Shown: positions 46,326 to 60,612 of the stretch, in pieces
Position numbering within the stretch: the first letter of the stretch is position 1
Layout of the letters: every line of letters begins with the position of its first letter
Source of the DNA: the human T2T-CHM13v2.0 reference genome, Homo sapiens
Strand: one strand, 5' to 3'
NCBI RefSeq assembly: GCF_009914755.1
Contig: NC_060926.1
DNA: 64,000 bases
Program-made: the position numbers and the translations under genes
Notes under the pieces: generated by a model
Database searches by the model: none
Told to the model about the DNA's origin: nothing
Seen by the model: the letters and a program-made list of their open reading frames with translations, nothing else

Positions 46326-46556
46326 AATCTCCTTGACCTAACTTGTTCAGATGTCATTTTATGTGCTCCTGTTGCACTGAGATAGGATCTTCTACCCACG
46401 TGGCTATTTCTCAGAAATGTAAACTGATAGACCACGTAAAACAAACTATTTTCTTTTTTTTCCAACTTAAATGCTCTTACTTCTATATACATCTCCCATG
46501 ATAAATGTATCACAGCCATTTCCTCTGTCTCTTCATAGTAATTCAGACCCATTAGT

Positions 46557-47500
46557 TATATGGGGAAGAAAAGGCAATACCTTTTCCTCTCCCATCACAG
46601 GGTCATGGCAGACACTCATAACAAAAGACAGATGATATGGTTTGGCTGTGTCCGCACCCAAATCTCAACTTGAATTTTATCTCCCAGAATTCCCACGTGT
46701 TGTGGAAGGGGCCCAGGGAGAGGAAATCGAATCGTGGGGGCTGGTCCTTCCTGTGCTATTCTTGTGGTAGTGAATAAGTCTCATGAGCTCTGATGGGTCT
46801 ATCAGGGGTTTCTGCTTTTGCTTCTTCCTTGTTTTCTCTTGCCACTGCCACGTAGAAAGTGCCTTTCACCTTCCACCATGACTCTGAGGCCTCCCCAGCC
46901 ATGTGCAGCTGTAAGTCCAATTAAACCTCTTTTTCTTCCCATTCTCAGGTATGTCCTTATCAGCAGAATTAAAACAGACTAATACAACAGTTTAGCAGGA
47001 GAAAAGCATAAAAATTTTATTTAGCAAAGCTCTACATGACATGGGAGCCTTCAGAAATGAAAATATGTAGACCCAGGGAAAATGGTGTGTTTTTATGCTA
47101 AGTCTGATGAAAAAAGTAGATAGATGTGAAGAAGTGGATTAAACAAAGAGGGTATGATCTAATAGTATTAAACTAAGTGGAGTTTAGCAAGCTCAGATTC
47201 TTCTTATCCTGTGTAGCATTTCTTCCTCCCTGGTATGGGCCAAGACCCATCTGGAATGAGGATTGTATGACTCACTTTCAGGACAGATGAGTAAGAGAGT
47301 GACCTTTCTAGGTTTTATGGCTTGCTTTGTGGGAGGGGAGTTCTAGTTTCTATGATTCCCCTCAGGAGAGAGGAATTCTGGGGTCTATGACATATCTTTT
47401 GGGAGAAAATGAAGTGGAAAGAGGTCAGAGAAACCTTGCTTCTTAGGCCCTCTCAATATCATGTACCGTACTTTGGGGTATCATTTTCTGAGTCCTGACA
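46557..47500 (-). mobile_element. ERV1 LTR (same group as 45033-45659), split by THE1A
   Basis: Ends 'tactttggggtatcattttctgagtcctgaca' (antisense of TGTCAGGACTCAGAAAATGATACCCCAAAG). Confidence 0.78.
46633..46986 (+). mobile_element. THE1A solo LTR (MaLR)
   Basis: TGATATGGTTTGGCTGTGTCC...GACTAATACA; TSD acaga/acagt. Confidence 0.93.
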
Positions 47501-49329
47501 TTTACAGAATCTGAAGTAATGCAGAAAAAATTGTTATTTAAATAACAAAGGAATCATATTCTGTTTGCCTTCAGAAATAGTACCCTTTCAGAGGAAGAAG
47601 GACTGATAGCTTTTGTCATCTGTTTCTATTCTTGTGGGGTTGGGCAGATTAAAATATCTTCCCAGATTCTTTCGGTCCTAGGTTCTTTTATTGGGTAACA
47701 TTTTAGGTTGCAAAATATATTTGAACTCTATCCCAGTTTCCTGATCTCTGGTTGTAGGTTACTGTTAGATTTACAATAGAATATTTGGGGGAGTTTCTTT
47801 TTCTTTACTTTGATAGACATTTTAGTGGGAAATTTACGAAACCCAAGTCCAAAGAAATTTTATCAACACACAGACACAAAGCTTAGAGATTTTACATAAC
47901 TTGCTGCAAGTCCTAATGCTGAACCAAGATTGGAATCTAGAAATGTCTGATTCTAGTGCCAGGCTGTCTCCTCTCTTGTATCCATGTTCGTTATGCCATT
48001 TATAGCCTAAATATCATTTTCCTTTTTGAAAAACAGAGTTCCATGTAAGTTACAGAGAATTATCTTTGTTTTATAATCTAATATAATAAATGTTAAATCA
48101 CAATCCCACACTGCGAGCTTGTCTCATAATTATTCTTTTTGAGTGGAATAGAGCTTCAAGAATTGCACAAACTACTCAACCATTGCTTTTGAATCTAATA
48201 ACACTTATTGTGAACTTTATGCCCTGGTCACATTTCTCTAGAATCCATGCTAACACATTATGGTCTCCCTGGTTGGATGTCCTGTGTTTAATCTCCCTCC
48301 TTCTAAGGTTTCATTGTGTACTATAATCTTTTTTCCTATTTGTCAAGTGATTACATAATGAAAATAATCCCAATGGGAGATTTATGCTCTAAAATTTTAA
48401 CCTCCATAATTATATAATAATATGTACTGATTTGGCATGTTAATATTGTACATTCTCACTGGAAAAATACTCTCCAATTTGGAGTTTATAGAATAACAAC
48501 CCATAACTATGTGAATAGTTTTCCAGTTTTCATATTTTCCAATTTGTACTTTATTTTAATATCAAAAGGTTATGATTTCTTATTAAAAGCAGAGTAAGAA
48601 TGGAAGTTTGGGCATGTATGTGACATTTTGACAGATTCCATTATTCTGTGGTTTAAATAAAGGAAATTGAACCTATACCCATGTTTACTAAATTCTTTGA
48701 AAGTAACTGTTTGTATATGTTGATAAGTGGTTTCTTTATATGAGACAAATTCAGTGGAAATTGAGTTACCCAGTGATAACATTATCTGTTACCTGTCACT
48801 AACCGTATCTAGAAGCTTGAGTGGACACAATCAACTGGTAATACTAATTTTATCTCTAATAACCAATTCAAACTAAAAACTTAAGGAATTTTCATTATTC
48901 GCCCCCCCCCCCATTTCCTATGTCTGAGAGAATAAAAACAGTTTTGTGGATATCAGATGTTATAATTACTTCTTATAATTTTTTTTTCCTTTAGAGGAAT
49001 ATCCAGGAATATGTTAAACTAAAAGGAAAAGTAAATTTTACAAAGTTTTAAACTAAATACATGAGAAATATGCTTTAGTGGAAATTTTTAGTTCTATTGT
49101 CTAAGAGAGGTATTGACAAATTTTCAATTAATATTTTTTATCAAACTCAACTATCAAAAACATTGCTGTTATTATTTTGCATTTGCATTGGTTGTTATGA
49201 TGCTTTAGGGTTACTTTTTATTAGTCTTTTATGGTGGCAAACAGCTATCCAAATGCTCTTTATAAAATTTTTCTTTGCCTTTTAGCAACCCTGATTTTTT
49301 TAATGAGACCTTTTTCCAAATCTTAATAC

Positions 49330-49639
49330 TTTTTTATTTTTTATTTTTTTATTTTTTTAGATAGTCTTGCTCTTGTTGCCCAGGCTGGAGTGCAACGATG
49401 AGATCTTGGCTCCTGCAACCTCTGCCTCCCAGGTTCAAGCAATTCTCCTGCCTCAGCACCCACTGAGTAGCTAGGATTGCAGGCATGTACCAATACACCT
49501 GGCTAATTTTTGTATTTTCAGTAGAGATGGGGTTTTGCCATGTTGGCCAGGCTGGTCTCAAACTCCTGACCTCAGGTGATGCCCCGGTCTCAGCCTCCCA
49601 AAGTGTTGGGATTACAGGCATGAGCCACCAGGCCCAGCC
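49330..49639 (-). mobile_element. AluSq/Sx-like
   Basis: Two arms; TSD caaatcttaata/caaatcttagta. Confidence 0.94.
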
Positions 49640-50353
49640 CAAATCTTAGTATCTTTATGCCTCCAACAGTGCCTTCTCTCTCTCTCTCTCTCATAAAAAT
49701 AAAACAAAACAAACATGCATTGTTTCTCTGGGTCAGCTTCAGGGACATCCCTGCTATCTTTGAATTTATCAGAGACTCCTCATTTTAATTCCGCCTGCTC
49801 TTGTTGCCACCATCAATTCTTTTCTTTTATCATCCTGAAGATTCCTAGTGGCTTCCCTCTTTTATGAATACCATATTATAGGAATGAACCATGAAATATA
49901 TTTATGTATCCATATAATACTCCTGTCTTTCTGGAGGATCACCATGCCAGATAATGGTTCAGTGATGTGCTAGGGCACTAAATAGGAGAAAATTAGAATC
50001 TATTTACTATATAGGCCTTATACCAAGTATAAAAGGAATTCTTTTTGTTATGTCCCAACACATGTTAAAAGAAACATCATTTACAGCCTGACAACCTCTA
50101 TGCTCTTCATAAATGAAAATTACAAATGACTCCCAATTATGCCAAATGGTCCTTGTGCTATGCAAGAATCACTTTTAAACATGCAAAAGTCACTTTTAAC
50201 TCCCAGAATATTTTATACAATTTTAAAATGTATTCTTTCTTACAGCCCCGGTAAAATGTTGCTATTTTGCAACTAAGACGTCGGGCTATTTTCATAGCAG
50301 TTTAAATTACCAGCATTTTATTTTGCATTTTTGCTGAAGGTAAAAAAGAATAT

Positions 50354-50659
50354 TGTATTAGGCAGAATAATGCACCCCAGCAAATGTCCATGCCCCAAAA
50401 CCCGGAATCCATAAATATGTTACCTTATATAGCAAAAGGCACTTGGTAGATGCGATTAAGTTGGGAATATTAAGATAAGGAGGTTTTCCTGGATTATCTG
50501 AGTAAACCCAATGTAATCACAAGAGTCCATATAAGAGAAAGAGAGAGGTAGACGAGTCTAGGAGGTGTGATGGCAGAAGCAGGGCCAGAGCCAGAGAGAA
50601 ACTGGAAGAAGATGCTATGCCACTGGCTTTGAAGATGAAGGAAGGGACCATGAGCCAAG

Positions 50660-50667
<8 letters not shown>
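50354..50667 (+). mobile_element. MLT1D-like MaLR LTR, 3'-truncated
   Basis: 'ggcagaataatg.cccc...aatatgttacctta..gcaaaagg...cctggattatc...ctggctttgaagatgaaggaagggaccatgagccaag'. Confidence 0.85.
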
Positions 50668-51198
<531 letters not shown>

Positions 51199-51275
51199 AT
51201 CTCTGACTTTATATGCAGGAAAGAATGTACTTCCCCAAAATTGTAGCCTATACCTCATTGAGCAGAACTCTGTCA

Positions 51276-51703
51276 CATCAAGAGACAAAGTTATAACAGA
51301 TTTAAAGATCTTAATTAGCTTTTATTTATGATTCTAGAATTGGGCAATACCTTTTTCTATAAAATAGGATGAATGTTCCGATGAGGTGATCAGAGGTTTT
51401 ATAGACAGAGAAGACTGAGGAAAGCAGAAACAGAGCACAAGAAGCTGATTGGCTGTTTCAAAATTACTTTCCTTGTAAAGGTTAAAGCAAAGGAAATTTT
51501 CTTATGCCAGCTACAACAGGCTCATTTGGGGGATTGGCTATTATCTCTCGCTTTCCTGATTTTTTGAAAGATCAGATAACCCACTTAGTTTTGGCTTGGC
51601 AACATGGAACAGAAGCATGAATAACTCCATTGTGGTTTGATCAGTTGCACCTAGTGTAGAAGCTCAGTCCAAACCACTGCCCTCTTATAAATTTTATTTA
51701 ACA
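51276..51703 (-). mobile_element. MER67-like ERV1 solo LTR
   Basis: Minus-strand start TGTTAAATAAAATTTATAAGAGGGCAGTGGTTTGGACTGAGCT; possible 4-bp TSD gtca. Confidence 0.8.
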
Positions 51704-54700
51704 GTCACGTGGTTACCGTTACCGTCAAGACAATATAGAAAGGTGTTTTAGCTTTCCAAGGTTTGTCATAGAAAAAAATAAAGGAAGTGAGATTGTAGAT
51801 GATTGGAAAAGCCAATCCTCAGAGACTGTGAACTACACATTTAAATGCATGATTTCTGTAAGATGGATTTGTTAACTCTTTTGTAAATATCACCATTCTT
51901 CAACTGTCAATACTATTTAAAATATTGAGCTGCTGAGTGCTTCTATGCAGACAGTTATAGTGGAGGATCACCACACTTATTAATTATTAATTATTAGTTG
52001 AATCTTTTGCTCTTTGTATTCTTTGATTCAAAAGAAAATACTTGCATTGTAGAATTTTAATGAAGTTATTAAAAATGTATTTTTTCCTCTCTACATATAT
52101 GAGAAAACATTTTTTTATGATTTTTTCCATCTCTTCCAAAAATACCATGTTAGAATCACAAATAAATCCTATGAAACTGTCTACCATATCAATAGACTTT
52201 CCTTATCACAAGATCTTAGGAGTGACTGATTTAAAATAAGTGATCCTTATTATATAGGCTAATCAAGTTGCAAACTTTGAAAACATTTTGAGAAGTCTCT
52301 CACATATATTATGTAGCCAAAAACAACAATTCTAAAATGACATTTTTTTTTAAATTATGGAATGATAGTTTTCTTAAAAGTGAACATATTTCACAGCCTG
52401 GAATGTGACATTATTGTTGTACAGCAGTAAAGTTGACATGTACAGTATGCAGCATGCATACTACCATGTAACCCATTGATGAAATTTCAGGGTTTTTATT
52501 ATGCTACAGTACAATCCTATAGTGGGGAATTACTCACATTTTCATGAGCTACCGTTTAAAATAACTTTTTGAAATGAGATTTATGACTTCCTGCTAACAG
52601 CTGTAGAAAGGAGATGAGGAGGGGGAAATAAGGGGAAGGCTCTTCCTATTACGAAAAGAAGAAACATTAAAAAGGTAGGAAAAGAACATTTATATTGGCA
52701 TTCTCTGGAAAGAGAAAGCCATGTGCTCAGCAAGCTTTCAGCATTCCAGCTTTATAATTACTCTTGAATATCCTGAGGGCTTCTAAAGCAGGCCATTTCT
52801 GAAAAGCAGATGTATACTTTTTGCCATTGTTTCAAGTCTGGATAATCTTTTCATACTTGGAAATTAGGAATGCATGTTAAAATGTTGATAGGAAATAAAG
52901 AGAAGGAATTTGTATTTTTAATCGTTGACTTTAATAATAACCATATATAGGCCAAATCTCTATTAACCTACTGAAGAAAAGAATTGTGGCAATTACATTG
53001 ATAATTGAGACAAAACCATCCAGAAGACATTATACTGTTCAGTTAGCTGGATAAGAGGCTTGAAATTGATGATGCTTTCTCAGAAGGCACTCAGCCACTC
53101 AAAATTGAATAGAAACTTTCCCCCTCCCACAATCTCAGACAAACTCTGACATTAGTTTCCCTTGCTATAGAAATCATTTAAAAAGCAAATGAGAAATAAA
53201 CAAAATATTTGTTAAACTTTGGAAAATTACCTTGAATTTTAGAAAGTTCGATCACTGCTAAATAGTTTGGGAAGAAAAAAAAATCCTTTCAAGGTAGAGT
53301 AAGGTAAATTCCATAACTGTCTACATCAACAGTTCAAATCTGGAGGTTGAAATGTGGGAGACGACCAGTTAGAGAAAAGTAGGAAGGGCTTCTTGGAAGA
53401 GGTCATCTTTGAGACAGGATTTCTAAATCTCAAAAAGGGCTAGGATTGGTTAGTGAGATGGGGGTGGCATGGGTCTTCTGGAGGAACAACCTGTCACTAG
53501 GTAGTCCTAGTGACAATGGAAGCAGAACAAGGAAGTGGAAAATTATAGTGTGTGTTAGTGTCCTTGTTTGTGAACTGGGGAGTAATGCAGTTTCGTGGAA
53601 GAATACTGGAAACTAAGACCATAAGCTAAAATAATAAGCATTATAAATGAATAAAGCCATGCTGAGGCCTAAGCACATTGTAGGTCTTTAACTATTTCTC
53701 CACACACAGCCTCTGCTGGTGTCTGAAATAGACTTCATGGCTCTGGAGAAGTTCATTTACTGTCAACTAATTTATTTAGGCATATAGCATTTCTATTCCT
53801 GCAATACACACAAAGGACATTTGTTGTTATTATAGTGCTTTTTTGGTTTTTGTTTTTTGATTGGTTTCCCTTAAAAAAATGAGAGGGGGAAAGAAAGAGT
53901 ATGTTCATTTGTATGTCACAACCCACCCCTAAAAAAATAGTCATGAGCATGAGAGTAGTGGGTTGGTGCAATGAACACATAGAAAGACTTAAGTTGGCAA
54001 GATCATTTTTTCACTTGGTACAAAACCAGTGGGGCATGACATAAGGGTAGTTTGTACATGGTAGTGCCAGGAAAATAAGGGTTTCATATTCATGTTAGAC
54101 CCTTGGTCTACTTAATTGCTTTTGCATTTTCCTAATGCATCTTAATGTCACTTTTTTTTCCAGAAAAATTCTCTAACTTAGTAGAATGAGTAAAAGAATC
54201 ACTTTAAGGGAAATAGAGTTAAAAATTGAAAGTCACTTAACTGTAACAATAATTTACATAGCTTTAGCATTGTTCTTTTCATGCTTATAATTTTGACTTA
54301 CTTGTTGATGTATTTTAAAGGTTTCATTATTTTTCTGGTTTAAGATAGATTTATATTGTTAGGTTAATGTAGTACAATTAGCACCTTTGATAATTAAGGA
54401 CATATTTGTAAGTACAGGGAAGTCTTTCTTGTAGACCAATTATAGCTGTGTTTATAGTATCAAATTATACATGCATTATTAGACCTTCAAAACCCATAAT
54501 AAATACTGTATATCAATGTTTTGGGGCTTACACCTAGTGGCACAAATATTAATATAACTAAAATCTAAGTTATATGTATAAGAATTTTTTTTTCTGAATC
54601 TCTACATTCTTTAGGATCTACATTTCCCTTAATTGTAAGAAGCAGAATATTTTAACGGCAAAAATGAGATAGGATATATCTAGGGGTTGAAATCTTCCTA

Positions 54701-55496
54701 CTAAATGATTTTTAAATTTGTAACTAAGCATTTATGTTCATTTCCACAGTCTTGTGAAACAGGTGTGCATCATGTAAACCTTGTTAGGGTTGACAAAATA
54801 GGAAAGCATTATAACACTTCATATGATCAATGAATTAAGAATTGTGTATTTTGAATTTTTTTTCCAAAGGCAAAATTTTCTTTCCTGAATTCACAAAGCT
54901 TTTACAATCTAGATCTTTCACATAGAGAAGCATCTACTGGATTAGTAATACAGGCAAGGAACTAAAAACTTAAGTCTAATAACATATCGTAGCAGATATA
55001 TTGTGCACTTTTATTTGTATATTTTGAACATAGGTTATTTTCTTGGCAGTTTCCTCAGAAAAATTTGGTGTTTATCTTCTGTTTTATTTTCACGGTTTTA
55101 ACAGTAAGAACCAGGAGTAGTAAGAAATAGGATGTGTATATGTTTTATAAAAATTTATATACATATATACAATTCATATATAAGTAGTTGATTCTATTGG
55201 ATATACCTTGGCACTTATATAAGTTTACTAAGAAGTGAATTTTTTTAAAAAAATAGGAAATGATTATATTAGATTTAATTTATTTTTTGCCAAACTAACA
55301 TTTTGTTTGTTTTGTTCATATCATCTTAAACTAGTTATTGTGGCTATCAGTGCATTGAAAAATGAATTACTAGTGTAATATGTTCATCTCCTTCTGCATA
55401 TGAATTGTCCTTGGATGTAAGTTTTCTGTATTTCCAGAGTCAGCTAAAAGTTAAAACTAATTTACCTGGAAAAACTATATTTTAGGTGCTATTATT

Positions 55497-55814
55497 ATTT
55501 TTATCATTTAGAGACAGGATCCTGCTCTGTCACCCAGGATGGAGTGTAGTGGCAGCATCATAGCTCAATGTAACTTCCAGCTCCTAGACTCAAACTTCCT
55601 CCTGCCTCAGTCTCCTGAGTGGCTAGGCTACAGGCATATGCCACCACACTCAGCTAATATTTTCACTTTTTGTTTTGTAGAAGCAAGGTCTCAGTATGTT
55701 TCCCAGGCTGGTTTTGAACACCTATACTCAAATGATCCTCCCACTTTGGCTTCCCAAAATGCTGATTACACTACTTCCCAAAAGGATTGCAGAGGTGAGC
55801 CACCGTGCCTGGCC
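55497..55814 (-). mobile_element. AluJ, full length, with a small internal duplication of 'cttcccaaaa'
   Basis: TSD tttaggtgctattatt (55481) / tttaggtgccattatt (55815). Confidence 0.92.
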
Positions 55815-55839
55815 TTTAGGTGCCATTATTGTAGACATC

Positions 55840-55915
55840 TTTTTTTTTTTTAATTATACTTTAAGTTTTAGGGTACATGTGCACAATGTGCAGGTTAGTT
55901 ACATATGTGCCATGT
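55840..55915 (-). mobile_element. Young L1PA2/3-like 3' terminal stub (about 75 bp)
   Basis: '(t)n aattatactttaagttttagggtacatgtgcacaatgtgcaggttagttacatatgt'. Confidence 0.9.
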
Positions 55916-56294
55916 GTAAAAAGTAAAATCTTAACTTCTTATATATTTTAAGCAAGTTTATTTTTTAAATAAGCAGTACCAGAGGAATGCTGATTTTTGT
56001 AATTTAATGTTTCATATAGTTTGAGAAATTGTCTCATGAAGCCAGTCACACAGAACCGTACAATCCACAGTGACTAATCTATGCACTTGGTTCATGTTAT
56101 TCACAACTTTCTACAATCCTATAAAAGAAGCAGCTAACCCAAAAGTACAAGACACATCAGGAGCTACCAAAAAATACCAAGATCAAATCCAGCCCCAAGA
56201 TTATGAAAGCCATATTATTTTAGTCTTTCAAATGCCAGTGTTTGTCTTTTTTCTCAAGTTTTTCTAATGCAGAGAGTCAATAAACACCCTTCTA

Positions 56295-56614
<320 letters not shown>

Positions 56615-57920
56615 TCAAGAGCTCACTATGACCTAAGTTAGGATTATTGTCATTATAGTAATATAATATAAAACTTATAAAAATTTTAATTATTTAGGAC
56701 CATTTGCAAAAGCTGTAGATTGTTTATAGTTCAGATTGGCAAGTATGGGTGGCAGTAATGTTAGAAATAAGAAAGCTAAAACCTAAAGGTCAAAAACCTA
56801 GTTGCCTTCTCATTATTGTCCTCATGTCTTCAGATTGTCAGAGGACAGAGGGTTAGAACCAAGAACACTCAGCTTGCGTAAAGGTTTTCTACTTCACTTG
56901 ACATTTCCAGTAACTTAGCAGCATGACCAATGAAACCTGAAGTAATGAATGGGAAAAGTTAGCGGGGAAGGAATATCCAACACAAAAGTTTTATCTCAGC
57001 CTAATTAACATTCAGAGATCAGATGGAAAAGATGGAGTCAAGAAGGAGGAGAAAAGTTACTGGGAAAATATCATAATTGGTAAAAAGGGACTATAATTGA
57101 TAGAAAGGAAGAAAAACAGTGATTTCAGTTATCTAGCAGACTGAAGGATGTTAAGCAAATGATTAGGGAATTTCTAACAGGTAACAGATGATTAGGTCAA
57201 TAAATTAATTCATGTGTAATTTGAAAAATATAACATTTCACATAATATTCATAATATTCACCATTTTTCAGAAGGCAAAATTAAATACTTCAGATTATAA
57301 ATCTAACGACACAGAAAAGACATTTTATGTTCTTGTTTTTTGATTTACGAGGACTTGGACTTATAATAGTCAATAAATGCTAACTGATTATTAATAAGGT
57401 GTAGGGTCTAAGGAGCATAAATTTTTTTAAATTAGTTTTAAATATTCATAGTTATAGCCAGTTTTTTACTGTCTTTACCAATGAAAGGAAACAATGTCAT
57501 AAAGTAACTATTTTTAATGTTTTTAGTCATTCGTCTTTATGTAACATTACTTTTTGAAATTGATTTGCTTTCCAAATTAAAGGTTGTCGTAGGATAATGG
57601 TAAAATTATTTTGCATACATAGCAATACAAATAAATTGGAAACTGAGGATATGATCTAAAAATACACTAAGTGGCAGTGAAGAGTGAATCTGGAATTCAA
57701 CATTTTTCACAATGCATATGTAACATGGTATATTTGGATGAAACATTATTCAAATGGGCAATCTCTTCTGGCTCCATTGTCTTGTGACTGTGATTCTAAA
57801 TGCTGTCATTTCTAAAGTAACTTAAATACTTTCTCCTGAGAAAATTGTCATTAAAAACAAGTGCATATAATATCTAATAAAAAGTTTTTATATTATTACT
57901 ATTTTGTTTTATATATCTAG

Positions 57921-58220
<300 letters not shown>

Positions 58221-58361
58221 CTTGTTCTTAATCGTAATGAACATGAACAGTATTAATAAGTTCAAAGCAATATGTACACGAAGAATTTCTTCTTTCAACA
58301 GCAATAAATGGGTAAAATAAGTACAGAACAACTTTTATGATACAGTGTTATAAAATGCATG

Positions 58362-58790
58362 TGTATCAGTTACCTTTCATCACCTTAATTCTTTGTTAAA
58401 AACAAAAACAAAATGCCATAAAACCTCAGTGGCACACAATAGTAAGGATTTGAATGAAGCTCAGGCATCTGATACAATCAGCTGGGCCATTCTGCTGTTT
58501 GTAGCTGGGCTCAACTGGTTGGTTATTCTCTTCTTAACTGAACTCACTCAGATGTGTGGATCAGCTGGTTTGGTTTGAGGTGAAAATCAGGACATTTTTA
58601 CTCTGCTCCATGTCTCTCAACCTCCATCAGACTGGGACAGGTAGATATCTTCTCATGATGAAAGTGGGGTTGGGGTAGCAGTGGGAAAGGGCAAGCCTAA
58701 TTATACAAATACTTTTCAAGTCTCTTGAGTGTGATACATTTACTAGCATCTCATTGGCTAGTGCAAGTCACTTATCAGTCAGATAATTTG
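58362..58790 (-). mobile_element. Old MLT1 (H/I/J-like) MaLR LTR
   Basis: 'tgtatcagtta...aaaacctcagtggcacacaa...catctcattggctagtgcaagtcac'. Confidence 0.65.
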
Positions 58791-59464
58791 AGATAAATTC
58801 ATGTGCCTTAATTATTTTTATAACTTAAAACATACCAACAATGATCCAAAATATTTTTTAAACTACTGTGATTTTTAAGATTGTTGAAAATTGTTTTGAA
58901 AATTAGTTTCACATTTATCTTTTAGGGAAAAAGAGTTTACCATTGATAATCCAAAAATCTGATAAAATCAGTTGAAGCCTGTTTAGAAAGATTGAGAACT
59001 TATAAGTACATACATAAGTATAAATTATATATAATGTAGTATATTATATACATGTGTATGTATATATCCCTGCTGAAATTACCTGCCAGTAGTACCTGAA
59101 GAAACTCCTCTTAGAATAAGATGTATTTTAACATTTCATTGTAATGGAAGTAGCTTATTTTACTCACCTTTTTTGACTACAGTTTTTCCGACTCAATTAC
59201 AGTGTTCCTGTGTGGTTCAAAACCAATAAAAATGTCATTAGTAAAACCAGTCCATGTCATAAAATTGTATTCCATCTAGTTAATTTGACACAAAATAATA
59301 TAATTATAAATAAAATAATAATGGAGTTATTTTTATAGGCAACATTCTAATACAGTGAGACCCCTTTATCTTATATTTAAAATATTAGAAGCTATAATTT
59401 CATATTCCATGTAATATATGTCTTTTAATTTAAATTTAATTTCCTTTGTTACTCACTGCTAGAC

Positions 59465-59979
59465 TGTATCTGTTTTCTATTGCTGCTATAAGAAATTTGC
59501 ACCAATTTAGTGACTTAAACACTAATTTATCGCTTCACAGTTATGTAGGTCAGAAATCTGTGCAGGCTCAATGGCTTCTGCTGCTTAGAATCTCAGCAAA
59601 ATCAAAGGGTCAGCAGGTCTAGTCTCTTATCTGGAGGCTATGAGGTAGAGTGTGCTTCCCATCTCGTCCAGGCTGTGGGCAGACTTCAGGTTTAGTGGTT
59701 GTAGAACTGAGCTTCCTGCTTCCTTGCTGGCTGTCAGGTGGAGTACTTGTCAATTTCCAGAGGACATCCTGTTTCATGACTCTTGCCAACATTCCTTCAT
59801 CTTCAAAATAGGCTAGGCAGATTAAGTTTCCTCATGCTTTGAGTCTCTCTGACCTACCCTCTGTCTCATTTAATTTCCCTTGCTCATAGGGACTGCTGTA
59901 ATTAGACTAGACCCACCCCTCAGGATAATTTTCCTATTTTAAGCATATTCACAGGTTCCAGAGGTTTTGGCATGGACAT
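59465..59979 (-). mobile_element. MLT1E-like MaLR LTR
   Basis: 'tgtatctgttttctattgctgctataagaaatt.caccaatttagtgacttaaac...tattcacaggttccagagg...ggacat'. Confidence 0.8.
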
Positions 59980-60400
59980 TGTGTTATGCCATTATTGCAC
60001 TGCTATGAAGAAATACCTGGGTATTTTATAAAGAAAAGAGGTTTAATTGGTTCATTCTTCTGCAGGTTTTATGGGAAGCATCGTGCTGGCATCTGTTCAG
60101 CTTCTGCTGAAACCTCAGGGAGCTTTTAATCAGGGTGGAAGGCAAAGAGGGGCTGGCATATCATATGGCAAAAGCAAGAGCAAGAGAGAAAGACTGAAGG
60201 AGGGAGGTGTCACACACTTTGAAACAACCAGATCTCATGTGAACTAAGAGGGAGAGCTCACTTAGCACCAAAGGGACGGTCCAAGCCATTCCTGATGGAC
60301 CTAGCTCCGTGATCCAAACACCCTACACCAGGCCCCACCTTCAGTATTGGGATTACATTTCAACATGAGATTTGGGTGGGGACAAATATCCAAACCATTT
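59980..60400 (-). mobile_element. MSTA/MSTB MaLR LTR
   Basis: 'gctatgaagaaatacctg...aagaaaagaggtttaattgg...caacatgagatttgggtggggacaaatatccaaaccat'. Confidence 0.9.
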
Positions 60401-60586
60401 GATTCTTGTGCATTCTTATGCCTACATAAGTTAGGTAGTGAGAGGACAACAGGATCCAGGCAGAGTTTAAACAAGCAGATTAAGGAGAGAGAAACACTAC
60501 AGCAAACACGGACCTCTCCTGGTTACTCTTGCAGTGAGATTCTCTCTCCTTGATAAGGATAACAAAATGTTGTAATATAAACAAAT

Positions 60587-60612
60587 GACACACACACACA
60601 CACACACAGACA
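60587..60612. repeat. (CA)n microsatellite
   Basis: Direct inspection. Confidence 0.9.
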
